From a virus (Duplodnaviria > Caudoviricetes): a stretch of DNA of 64,000 nucleotides. The notes beneath the pieces were generated by a model. That model saw nothing but the letters and a program-made list of their open reading frames with translations. It did not search any database and had not been told where the DNA came from. Position 1 is the first letter of the stretch. Every line of letters starts with the position of its first letter. Position numbers and translations under genes: made by a program. This document shows positions 29,108 to 37,695 of this stretch, piece by piece. The stretch spans positions 96,001 to 160,000 of IMG/VR virus record IMGVR_UViG_3300043447_000100; one strand, 5' to 3'.

Positions 29108-29140
29108 ACTTGTATTGAAACTGATAACGAAAGGCACTCT

Positions 29141-30229
29141 ATGAATCAAGTTCGCATCGCCCGTGGTGAGTATCACTCTAAGCCCGTGACTGGCACCTTC
29201 ACTCTCGTCAAGCCATATCAAGCCGGCAAACGCGGCGGCTTCGTGACTGTGGTCAACGACGGCACCCTGGGCAATGAACCTGTTGCTGGCAAACCTGCCC
29301 GAATCCTGGTAAAAACCTCGGCCGACTTTGAGTATCTGTCGGGCGCAGGTATTCAAGTTCCCGCCGGCATCGTAGCCTTCACCCCTGCCCCACTCGCCGC
29401 TCCCGTAGCAGAACCTGTGTCTACTGAGACTGACGAGGAAATCATGAACCGCATCGGCGAACGCTTCGGCATTCAAACTGAAATGACACGTGCGGCAATC
29501 GCTGGCCAAATTCGTGCCATGATTATCTCAGGCGCACCTGGTGTCGGTAAGTCTCACGGTGTCGTATCTGAACTCGAAAAGTTCTCGCTGTTCGATCAAC
29601 TCGCAGGTAACAAAATCAAGTATGAAGTTGTCAAAGGTGCTACTACCGCTCTTGGTTTGTACGCTACCTTGTACAAGCACAGCGACCACAATCATGTGTT
29701 GGTGTTCGATGACTGCGACAGCGTTTTCGCTGACGAACTCTCGCTCAACATTCTGAAGGCCGCCCTTGATTCCGGCAAGACCCGCAAGATTTTCTGGAAC
29801 TCTGATTCAGCCTTGCTCCGTCGTGAAGGCATCCCCGATTCGTTCTCGTTCAATGGTACTGTTATCTTCATTACCAACTTGAACTTTGAAGCAACTCGTA
29901 GTAAGAAACTCCAAGACCACTTGGAAGCCCTTCAGTCTCGTTGTCACTTCTTGGACTTGACCATTCATACAGCACGTGAAAAGATGCTCCGTATTCGTCA
30001 AGTTCACCGTGATGTGACTAACGATCCTAACGCACCTGCTGGCGGATTGTTCTCCGAGTATGATTTGCCTGCTGGTATGGACGCTGAAATTTTGGACTTC
30101 ATCTGGGAAAATCACCAGCACTTCCGCGAAATTAGTTTGCGCATGGCACTCAAAGTTGCTGACTTGTACAAAATCAATCCAGAAAAATGGAAGTTGCTTG
30201 CTAAGAGCACTTGTATGAAGCCTCACTAA
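29141..30229 (+). CDS. AAA+ type ATPase (likely early gene)
   Basis: GAPGVGKS, LVFDDCD, IFITN and ALQSRC. ATG 29141 follows AAGG. Confidence 0.85.
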   Translation: MNQVRIARGEYHSKPVTGTFTLVKPYQAGKRGGFVTVVNDGTLGNEPVAGKPARILVKTSADFEYLSGAGIQVPAGIVAFTPAPLAAPVAEPVSTETDEEIMNRIGERFGIQTEMTRAAIAGQIRAMIISGAPGVGKSHGVVSELEKFSLFDQLAGNKIKYEVVKGATTALGLYATLYKHSDHNHVLVFDDCDSVFADELSLNILKAALDSGKTRKIFWNSDSALLRREGIPDSFSFNGTVIFITNLNFEATRSKKLQDHLEALQSRCHFLDLTIHTAREKMLRIRQVHRDVTNDPNAPAGGLFSEYDLPAGMDAEILDFIWENHQHFREISLRMALKVADLYKINPEKWKLLAKSTCMKPH

Positions 30230-30256
30230 TCTGCTCTGCCTTTCGTGAGCATTTAC

Positions 30257-30279
30257 AGCCACCTTCGGGTGGCTTTTTT
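30257..30279 (+). terminator. Rho-independent terminator with cUUCGg tetraloop
   Basis: AGCCACC-TTCG-GGTGGCT-TTTTT. Confidence 0.92.
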
Positions 30280-30292
30280 ATTGCCAAAACAT

Positions 30293-30321
30293 TTGACACT
30301 TTGCTACTCTTTGTGTAAAAT
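30293..30321 (+). promoter_or_regulatory. Sigma70-type promoter
   Basis: CCAAAACAT-TTGACA-17 bp-TAAAAT. Confidence 0.7.
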
Positions 30322-30376
30322 AGGCTGATACATACCGCTATTGTAACCGGTAAATATTGGCCTAGGAGAAACAAAC

Positions 30377-30652
30377 ATGAGTAAGAAACCAACATTCACA
30401 ACATCAGTATTTGACTTTGATGACTTAGAGAGTCCAGAAACTGAATGGCGAGGCATGCCAGAATTCAATCAACCAGACAACGGAGCATTCCGACAAATCA
30501 TTGTGTCATTCGATGACCAAGCTGGTGTAGATGCGTTCGAGAAACTAATCGGCCAACCGCTAACAGAAAAAACTAAATCGCTATGGTTCCCACAACGTGA
30601 GCGGAACAACGTAGTAGACCTATTCTACGTAAGTGAGGACAAGGATGAGTAA
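30377..30652 (+). CDS. Small acidic protein coupled to the glycosyltransferase
   Basis: EW.GMPEF.Q ... TKSLWFP; AGGAG RBS; overlaps the next gene. Confidence 0.75.
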   Translation: MSKKPTFTTSVFDFDDLESPETEWRGMPEFNQPDNGAFRQIIVSFDDQAGVDAFEKLIGQPLTEKTKSLWFPQRERNNVVDLFYVSEDKDE

Positions 30653-31595
30653 TCCTCAGTTCCCGTTATACATTCCAACAAAAGGTCGTGCCGATAGTCG
30701 TCTAACAAGTAAAGCGTTTGACTTTATGCGGATGCCTCACTATCTTGTAGTTGAGCCACAAGAATGTGAAATGTATGAAACAGAAATTAGAAAGTGGGAA
30801 AAGGAAACTGGCTGTAAGTCATACGCCACTGTCTTAGAGATGGACTTACGCTACAAAGAAACATACGAACTACTTGACGACTTGGGATTAACAAAGTCAA
30901 CAGGCCCAGGGCCAGCACGTAACTTCGCATGGGACCACTCAATCAAAAACGGCTTTGAGTGGCACTGGGTTCAAGATGACAACATCAGAAACTTCTTGAG
31001 ACTAAATAATAACTTGAAGATCAAACTAGCAGACGGTACTGGCTTCCGTGTTATGGAAGACTTCGTACTCAGATATGAGAACGTGCTAATGGCTGGTCCT
31101 AACTATCGCTCATTCGCTTCACAAAATGCTTCGATGCCACCGTATGTTAAGGGCACTCGCATCTACTCTTGTAATCTAATCAAGAACGATAGTAAGTGGG
31201 TAACAGGTGAAAGAGCAGGTCAACCTATGCGCTGGCGCGGTCGTTACAATGAGGATACGATTCTATCACTTGATATGCTAACACAGGGCTTTCAGACGAT
31301 TCAGTTCAACGCCTTCCTACAAGACAAGCTACGCACTCAAGTACTAGGCGGCGGCAACTCAGGCGAGTTCTACTTCAAAGAAGGCACAGCACCTAAGAGT
31401 CGTATGCTCAAAGAAGCGTATCCACAATACACAGAACTTGTGTGGAAGTTTCAACGTGAGCATCATCACGTTGACTACACGCCGTTCAAAGATACGCCGC
31501 TGATTCGCAAGAAGGATTTTGTATTGCCAGTAGGCATCAACAACTATGGCATGGAGTTGAAAACAATTTCGCCAGATACACCAGGAAGAGTATAA
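30645..31595 (+). CDS. GT-A glycosyltransferase, TET-associated (TAGT) / GREB1-like
   Basis: PLYIPTKGR, LVVEPQE, GPARN..WDHS, WVQDDNI (DxD-like), RIYSC.LI, RYNED..LSL and GGN. Confidence 0.75.
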   Translation: MSNPQFPLYIPTKGRADSRLTSKAFDFMRMPHYLVVEPQECEMYETEIRKWEKETGCKSYATVLEMDLRYKETYELLDDLGLTKSTGPGPARNFAWDHSIKNGFEWHWVQDDNIRNFLRLNNNLKIKLADGTGFRVMEDFVLRYENVLMAGPNYRSFASQNASMPPYVKGTRIYSCNLIKNDSKWVTGERAGQPMRWRGRYNEDTILSLDMLTQGFQTIQFNAFLQDKLRTQVLGGGNSGEFYFKEGTAPKSRMLKEAYPQYTELVWKFQREHHHVDYTPFKDTPLIRKKDFVLPVGINNYGMELKTISPDTPGRV

Positions 31596-33055
31596 TGACA
31601 GGAACAGTAGTAATGACGATCAAAGATGAAGTCAATGTAAAGTTTGACGGCATCGACCCACAAGATCGTAGAGCGTTAGTAAAGATGTTTTCGTATGAGG
31701 TGCCTGGCGCCCGTTACTTACCATCAGTCAAGCTAGGTCGTTGGGACGGCAAAGTGTCGTACTTCAATTTGAGCGGCACAAGTTACATCAACCTACTTGA
31801 TAGAATCATTCCCTTCTTAGATAAGCAGGGCTATGATATCGAGTTGAACGATATCAGAAACTACTCTACGAATTTTACATTCAATGAGATTGATGAGAAC
31901 AGTTTTAGCGACCGCTTATGGCCAGCAGGTCACCCAGCCGCGGGCCAACCTATTATTCTACGTGATTATCAAGTAGAGATTGTCAATAACTTCTTAAAGA
32001 ACCCACAATGCTTACAAGAAGTAGCAACGGGCGCTGGTAAGACATTGATGACCGCGGCACTATCCCTATCAGTTGAGCAAATGGGCCGTTCAATCGTAGT
32101 TGTGCCTAACAAAGACTTGGTCAAACAAACAGAAGCAGACTATAAGAACTTAGGCTTAGATGTAGGCGTATACTTCGGTGATAGAAAAGAATGGGGCAAG
32201 ACTCATACAATCTGTACATGGCAGTCACTCAACGTCTTGCTAAAGAACACAAAGTCAGGCGAAGCAGAAGTAACAATCGGCGAGTTTGTTGAAGATGTAG
32301 TATGCTTAATCATTGACGAAGCGCATCAAGCAAAAGCAGACGCACTTAAAGAACTGCTAACAGGCGTAATGAGTCACATTCCTATTCGCTGGGGTTTGAC
32401 CGGCACGATTCCTAAAGATCAGTATGCCGCACAAGCACTCTACTGTACAATCGGTCCGGTGATTCACCGACTAAGCGCCGCTACACTTCAAGATCAGGGC
32501 GTCTTATCTCAATGTCACGTAAACGTAATTCAACTACAAGACGAGGTAGAATACGCAAACTATCAAAGTGAGTTGAAGTACTTGTTAGAGAACAAGCAAC
32601 GCATGGACAAGATGGGCGAAATGATTCACGCTATCTCACTTGAGGGCAACACGCTTGTGTTAGTTGATAGAATCGCGGCAGGTCTTGCTCTTGTAGAACG
32701 ATTGCCAGGCGCAGTATTCGTCAACGGCGATACAAAATCAGACAAACGAAAGGCAGAGTACGATGAAATTGCGACGAGCGACAAGAAGATTATTGTGGCT
32801 ACATATGGTGTGGCTGCGGTTGGTATTAACATCCCTCGGATTTTTAATCTCGTGCTTATTGAGCCTGGGAAGAGTTTCGTACGGGTTATCCAATCGATTG
32901 GTCGTGGCATCCGCAAAGCTGAGGACAAAGATTTCGTCCAAATCTGGGACATAACTTCCTCTTGTCGCTTCGCTAAACGACACCTAACAGCACGTAAGGC
33001 TTTCTATAAGGAAGCAAATTATCCATTTACTGTTGAGAAAATTTCTTATAAGTGA
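31595..33055 (+). CDS. uvsW: Superfamily 2 DNA helicase UvsW
   Basis: LRDYQ, ATGAGKT, IIDEAH, GLTGT and QSIGRGIR. Confidence 0.93.
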   Translation: MTGTVVMTIKDEVNVKFDGIDPQDRRALVKMFSYEVPGARYLPSVKLGRWDGKVSYFNLSGTSYINLLDRIIPFLDKQGYDIELNDIRNYSTNFTFNEIDENSFSDRLWPAGHPAAGQPIILRDYQVEIVNNFLKNPQCLQEVATGAGKTLMTAALSLSVEQMGRSIVVVPNKDLVKQTEADYKNLGLDVGVYFGDRKEWGKTHTICTWQSLNVLLKNTKSGEAEVTIGEFVEDVVCLIIDEAHQAKADALKELLTGVMSHIPIRWGLTGTIPKDQYAAQALYCTIGPVIHRLSAATLQDQGVLSQCHVNVIQLQDEVEYANYQSELKYLLENKQRMDKMGEMIHAISLEGNTLVLVDRIAAGLALVERLPGAVFVNGDTKSDKRKAEYDEIATSDKKIIVATYGVAAVGINIPRIFNLVLIEPGKSFVRVIQSIGRGIRKAEDKDFVQIWDITSSCRFAKRHLTARKAFYKEANYPFTVEKISYK

Positions 33056-33061
33056 TATAAT
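33033..33061 (+). promoter_or_regulatory. Sigma70-type promoter, leaderless
   Basis: TTGAGA-17 bp-TATAAT; ATG 6 nt downstream. Confidence 0.6.
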
Positions 33062-33067
33062 GTTAAT

Positions 33068-33568
33068 ATGAATATTTTACAACTAACAGACGAGAAGTAC
33101 GACCTTACGAATCTACCCGAAGAGGTAGAAGACCTGCGCTTTGCTATCTTAGATAATAGCAACCCGCAGGCAGTTGATTACTTCTACATACCGCTTATCT
33201 TCTTAGAGTCATTCAACTCGCCGGCATTAGTGCTGAAGATTGGCGATAGGACAGTCAAGATGCCACTCGACTGGCAAATCTTGATTGGTGAACCTGACTT
33301 AGGTGACCTAGAAACAATCCCACTAACTTCTATTACAGATCGCGGCTTCAAAGCATTTCAGTTCAACCCTATCTCAGGCTTCAAACCTTCATTCTTAGAC
33401 ATTGAAATCATAGATGTGTATCACGATGTTACTTGGTACGCACCTAGACTAAAGAACGGTCAGTTCTTGTGTGTGCCCATCGACGACGGTCATAAACCTC
33501 GTTGTGTTTACTTTGTCAAAGAGATTAGCAAGAACGCAGAGATTGTAGACTTCTCACAGGTATTCTAA
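33068..33568 (+). CDS. Hypothetical beta-rich protein (possible Hint-like fold)
   Basis: 166 aa, located between uvsW and the clamp loader subunit. Confidence 0.65.
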   Translation: MNILQLTDEKYDLTNLPEEVEDLRFAILDNSNPQAVDYFYIPLIFLESFNSPALVLKIGDRTVKMPLDWQILIGEPDLGDLETIPLTSITDRGFKAFQFNPISGFKPSFLDIEIIDVYHDVTWYAPRLKNGQFLCVPIDDGHKPRCVYFVKEISKNAEIVDFSQVF

Positions 33569-34179
33569 TGGCAACTAAAAAACAGGCAACTAAGAAAACA
33601 GCTATTCCCTCAGACGAAAAGTTTGAAAATGTAGACTTTGACCTATTCAAAGCGATTGAAGCGATTGATAAGAAAGACTACGGCTGGTTTGACACACTTA
33701 CAGAAGACCAGCAAAAGAAGTTTGTGCCGTATATGATGCTACACTGGATCAGCGCAGTCAAAGCTACGGGTATGCTAGGTGCGTATTATGTAATGAGCAC
33801 TGATGCTAATGCTAACAAGTATATGTTCAACGAGCGAGTACAGCAACATCCTAAACTACAATGGTTGATGTTGTGCGCCGCATCGCCAGGCATGGGCAAG
33901 CAGTTTCATCAGTGGATCCCACACTTGAAAGCAAAGTTCGGCACACTTGAAGAACAGGCAACTAAGAAAGATGCTAGGGAATACTTTGAGAAAGTTTATG
34001 CGACTGCTAGTAAAGACGACATTGACTTGATTACAGGTCACTATGTAGGCGAACAAAATCATCAGTACAGATTATCAAAACTATTCCCTGAAATGAAGAT
34101 TGATGATGTACGAGCATTAGCCGCAGTTGTAACATCAGAAGACATTGACAAATATGAAGAAGAAGCCGGCTACAGATAA
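33568..34179 (+). CDS. Clamp loader small subunit (gp62-like)
   Basis: F.PYM...W.S, N..., HPKLQW and QFHQWI pattern resembles T4-type gp62. Confidence 0.55.
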   Translation: MATKKQATKKTAIPSDEKFENVDFDLFKAIEAIDKKDYGWFDTLTEDQQKKFVPYMMLHWISAVKATGMLGAYYVMSTDANANKYMFNERVQQHPKLQWLMLCAASPGMGKQFHQWIPHLKAKFGTLEEQATKKDAREYFEKVYATASKDDIDLITGHYVGEQNHQYRLSKLFPEMKIDDVRALAAVVTSEDIDKYEEEAGYR

Positions 34180-34849
34180 GCCATACAGTTGTGAGCATTG
34201 CGGCGCAGGCTTCGTTCGTGAGGCTTCGCTGTTCACACACTTATGTGAAAAGAAGCGTAGATGGGATGAACGAGACATGCCATCATCACGCTTGGGCTAT
34301 ATCGCATGGCTTGAGTTTTACAAGCGCAACTATCCTAGTAAAAAAGACACAGACTTCAAAGCATTTGCTAAGAGCACATACTACACAGGCTTTATCAAGT
34401 TCGGGCTTTACTGTCATTCAATCAACGCAATCAACCCTACTGCTTTCATGGGCTGGTTACTGTCTAACAAAGTAGCGATTGATAACTGGACATCAGACGC
34501 ACAGTATGAGAAATACTTAGTTGAGTATCTACGCTTAGAAGATCATGGTGATGCTATCAAGCGAAGTATTGAAACCCTCTCAGAGATTGCCGAAGAGCAA
34601 GGTATGTTAGTTAGCGATGTACTACGAGTAGGCAACGCAAACAAGATTTGTCATCTTATCACAGTAGGCAAGATTAGTCCGTGGATTATTTACAACTGTG
34701 ATAGCGGCATTGAATTCATGGGACACATAATGCGTTCAGGACAAGTTCAACACATTTACAAGTACATCGACCCTGAAATTTGGCAAATCAAATTCAAACG
34801 ACAAAGTAGTGATACTGAAATAGTAAAACAGGCATTGAAACACTTATGA
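34154..34849 (+). CDS. Hypothetical protein with an N-terminal C2H2/C2HC zinc finger
   Basis: YSCEHCGAGF..E.SL..HLCE; GKISPW. Confidence 0.7.
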   Translation: MKKKPATDKPYSCEHCGAGFVREASLFTHLCEKKRRWDERDMPSSRLGYIAWLEFYKRNYPSKKDTDFKAFAKSTYYTGFIKFGLYCHSINAINPTAFMGWLLSNKVAIDNWTSDAQYEKYLVEYLRLEDHGDAIKRSIETLSEIAEEQGMLVSDVLRVGNANKICHLITVGKISPWIIYNCDSGIEFMGHIMRSGQVQHIYKYIDPEIWQIKFKRQSSDTEIVKQALKHL

Positions 34850-35442
34850 CACAATTTCGTAGCGACATTGATATTGACTGCGCTGATCGTGAGCAAGTAA
34901 TGTCACGTATAAACGCAACACAGGCTTCAGTTAGAGAAAACTGGAAAGTTCGTCGTCATGCTTCAGGCGCATACATCACGCCTATTCCTTATGACCCAGT
35001 ACATGATGTTGCCGCCCTTGATTACAAGACAGCAGAAGAGCGCGGCTATGTGAAACTTGACTTGTTGAACGTACACGTTTATGGTCACGTTAGGGATGAA
35101 GCACACTTAGTTGAATTGATGCGAGAGCCTAACTGGAAGATGTTGCGTGATCCTGATATTGTCAAACGATTAGTTCAGATTCATAGCCAGTATGACATTA
35201 TGAGACAGATGCCTGAACCTATCAACAGCATACCTAGATTAGCAATGTTCTTGGCTGTGATTCGCCCTAGTAAGCGACATTTGATTGGTAAGACTTGGGC
35301 AGAAGTTGCCGAGACGATTTGGGATAAGACTGAAGATGGGTATGTGTTTAAGAAAAGTCACGCTATTGCGTATGCTACCCTGACTGTTGTAAATATGAAT
35401 CTGTATGAAGAAAATCCTACGGCATTCGTTTTACCAGAGTAA
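34846..35442 (+). CDS. Miniature DNA polymerase III alpha (DnaE, family C) catalytic fragment
   Basis: SDIDID, RHASG, G.VKLDLL, A.IRP and FKKSHAIAYA occur in DnaE order within 198 aa. Confidence 0.8.
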   Translation: MTQFRSDIDIDCADREQVMSRINATQASVRENWKVRRHASGAYITPIPYDPVHDVAALDYKTAEERGYVKLDLLNVHVYGHVRDEAHLVELMREPNWKMLRDPDIVKRLVQIHSQYDIMRQMPEPINSIPRLAMFLAVIRPSKRHLIGKTWAEVAETIWDKTEDGYVFKKSHAIAYATLTVVNMNLYEENPTAFVLPE

Positions 35443-35794
35443 TTGATCTTCGCTTGATTCGCTTCTTGGTTAGATCATTCATACTGGTAGCGGGTCCGTG
35501 AATAATCTCTAAGCCTTTGTTGGTAAACGTTCGCAAGAATGGCTTGAATGGCATCCAATCTTCACGTAAGAAGATATGAATTGGTATTTGATGATTGCTA
35601 CCCCACCACCATTCGTCGGCCAATTCAAGGAATAATTCCTTCATTTCTTTATGTACTATGCTACCATAGTCATAGAATGTAGTAATACTGTCATCCCTGT
35701 TTTGAACAATGCCCACATATTCATTGCCACCGTAGCTGCATACGGTTATGAATGGGTGCTCTTGGGACAGTTTTTCAAAGAATTCTCTGCTCAT
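35417..35794 (-). CDS. Hypothetical protein
   Basis: 125-aa ORF (EYVGIVQN, WWWGSN..IPI); minus-strand CTAAATA box at 35823-35829. Confidence 0.75.
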   Translation of the reverse strand: MSREFFEKLSQEHPFITVCSYGGNEYVGIVQNRDDSITTFYDYGSIVHKEMKELFLELADEWWWGSNHQIPIHIFLREDWMPFKPFLRTFTNKGLEIIHGPATSMNDLTKKRIKRRSITLVKRMP

Positions 35795-35879
35795 TAGTTA
35801 CGATGGGTTTGTTCCATTAGTTTATTTAGTCAGGTCATAGTTTTGGATATTTTTACGATAAATACAAAAAGGATAAAAA

Positions 35880-36680
35880 ATGTCGGCCCAAACTAAAGTC
35901 TATTTCTACGTTCAACGTCAACCAGTGGTTCTCATTGAATCTGGAGCCGCATCTAGGAGGTATGAAACCGTGTACGCAAAAGAACTAACAATCACCAAGG
36001 GCACAAACAATACGCTTGAGTTTGCGTTCGTTAATCAGGACCAAAAGCATGTAAATATCGAAAACAACGATATCACATTCCGCATCCTAGATAGTCAAGC
36101 CCAGCAGATTCTATTCCAGAAGACTCTAACGCCAATCTATCCAGTTACCGGTATCACTTCGGTTCGACTAACTGCGGAGGATATTGAGGCAATCGAAACT
36201 CAGCGTTGCTACTATACCTTAGAAGAGTCAATGGGATATGCTGTTTATGTTGACAGCAAAGGCGGCACTCGTGGTGTGTTAAACGTAGTCGAAGGTACGA
36301 TTCCTGAGTTCACACCAAGTACAGTTGTTACACTTGAACCACATACGCTACCGACACCACCAGTCGCACCATCAGCATCAGTAGCATACAATTCAAGCGT
36401 TATTCAGACCAAAGCAGTTGCTAAGAATACGATTCAAGTCAATCTTTCAGGCTTCACAGGCAACATAATTATTCAAGGTTCAACTACAGATTCATTCACT
36501 TCATCGTATGATATCACGACTACAACCTTAACTAACAGTTCAGCAACTTATGGCTTCGAAGTCCAAGGCTTTCATCCATACTTGCGAGTTAGAGTCGTAA
36601 ACTTTCCAACAGTAACTACCAATCCAGATTCAACAGTCACACTATCACATGGTGAAGTGACTTCTATTTTGGCAAGATAA
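35880..36680 (+). CDS. Putative virion structural protein (beta-sandwich)
   Basis: Late box at 35857, AAGGA RBS, T/V-rich beta pattern. Confidence 0.55.
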   Translation: MSAQTKVYFYVQRQPVVLIESGAASRRYETVYAKELTITKGTNNTLEFAFVNQDQKHVNIENNDITFRILDSQAQQILFQKTLTPIYPVTGITSVRLTAEDIEAIETQRCYYTLEESMGYAVYVDSKGGTRGVLNVVEGTIPEFTPSTVVTLEPHTLPTPPVAPSASVAYNSSVIQTKAVAKNTIQVNLSGFTGNIIIQGSTTDSFTSSYDITTTTLTNSSATYGFEVQGFHPYLRVRVVNFPTVTTNPDSTVTLSHGEVTSILAR

Positions 36681-36694
36681 GTTACCAATATCTA

Positions 36695-36723
36695 TTGAAA
36701 TGTCAACTTAGATACTGTATAAT
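36695..36723 (+). promoter_or_regulatory. Sigma70-type promoter for a leaderless primase mRNA
   Basis: TTGAAA-17 bp-TATAAT; ATG 6 nt downstream. Confidence 0.65.
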
Positions 36724-36729
36724 AGCAGT

Positions 36730-37695
36730 ATGCTTGATATTTTAACACTAATTCCTGGTAGAAAGACATTCGCTCGTGGCGGCTGGCACACGTTCAATGC
36801 TATTTGCTGTACACATCGCGGCGAAACACCAGACAAGCGCAGACGCGGTGGTGTAATCTTAACGCCTGGCGGCTGGAGCTATCACTGCTTCAACTGTCAT
36901 TTCAAATGCGGCGTTACTGAAGGTCAACACTACTCAGCAAAAACAAAAGAACTATTACGCTGGTGCGGACTTGATTCGATGGAGATCGAGCGCCTTAGTT
37001 TTGAATCGTTCGCATCTAAACCTGAGAACTTAATCAATCAAGTTAACAAGCCCATCGTAATCACATTCGACCGCAAGCATCTACCTGATAATAGCGAAGC
37101 ACTCAACCCAGAAGACCCGCGACATGCCGAGCACGTTGAGTACATCAAGTCACGAGGCTTGCCGCTCAAAAGTTATCCTTTCCATGTAACGCCCGACGCT
37201 AAGTTTGAGCGAGACAAGCATCGTCTAATCATACCTTATTTCTATCATGGAGAGATTGTAGGATATACTAGCAGATATTACGACAACAGAGTACCTAAGT
37301 ATGTGTCCGAGCAACAAACAGGCTACATATTCAACGTAGACGCTCAAAAAGAAAGCAGACAATCATGTATACTAGTAGAAGGGCAATTTGATGCTATCAG
37401 CATCGGCGGTTGCGCTTATCTAGGCAGTACGATCACAGACGATCAAGCAAGACTATTAACAAAAATTAGAAAACAAATCATCGTTGTGCCAGATAGAGAC
37501 AAGGCAGGCATGAGTGTTTGTGACAGAGCATTAGAATTAGGTTATCGAGTTAGTATCCCTGAATGGAGCCCGGAAGTTAAAGATGTCAATGACGCTGTTA
37601 AGCGATATGGTAAATTCCCTACCTTGCTTAGTATACTGCAGTCAGCAACATCTAGTCGAATCACAACAGAAATGAACAAGAGGAAATTTAAATGA
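36730..37695 (+). CDS. DNA primase (gp61-like)
   Basis: Zn-binding YHCFNC; TOPRIM LVEGQFDA, PDRDKAG and KDVND. Confidence 0.92.
   Translation: MLDILTLIPGRKTFARGGWHTFNAICCTHRGETPDKRRRGGVILTPGGWSYHCFNCHFKCGVTEGQHYSAKTKELLRWCGLDSMEIERLSFESFASKPENLINQVNKPIVITFDRKHLPDNSEALNPEDPRHAEHVEYIKSRGLPLKSYPFHVTPDAKFERDKHRLIIPYFYHGEIVGYTSRYYDNRVPKYVSEQQTGYIFNVDAQKESRQSCILVEGQFDAISIGGCAYLGSTITDDQARLLTKIRKQIIVVPDRDKAGMSVCDRALELGYRVSIPEWSPEVKDVNDAVKRYGKFPTLLSILQSATSSRITTEMNKRKFK

Noticed and set aside
27383-29140. Upstream extensions of ORF-track calls (27383, 28366, 29042; also 23737, 30633, 53886, 62634)
   Set aside because: They overlap neighbouring genes or promoter elements. Downstream ATGs with an RBS or leaderless geometry fit better.
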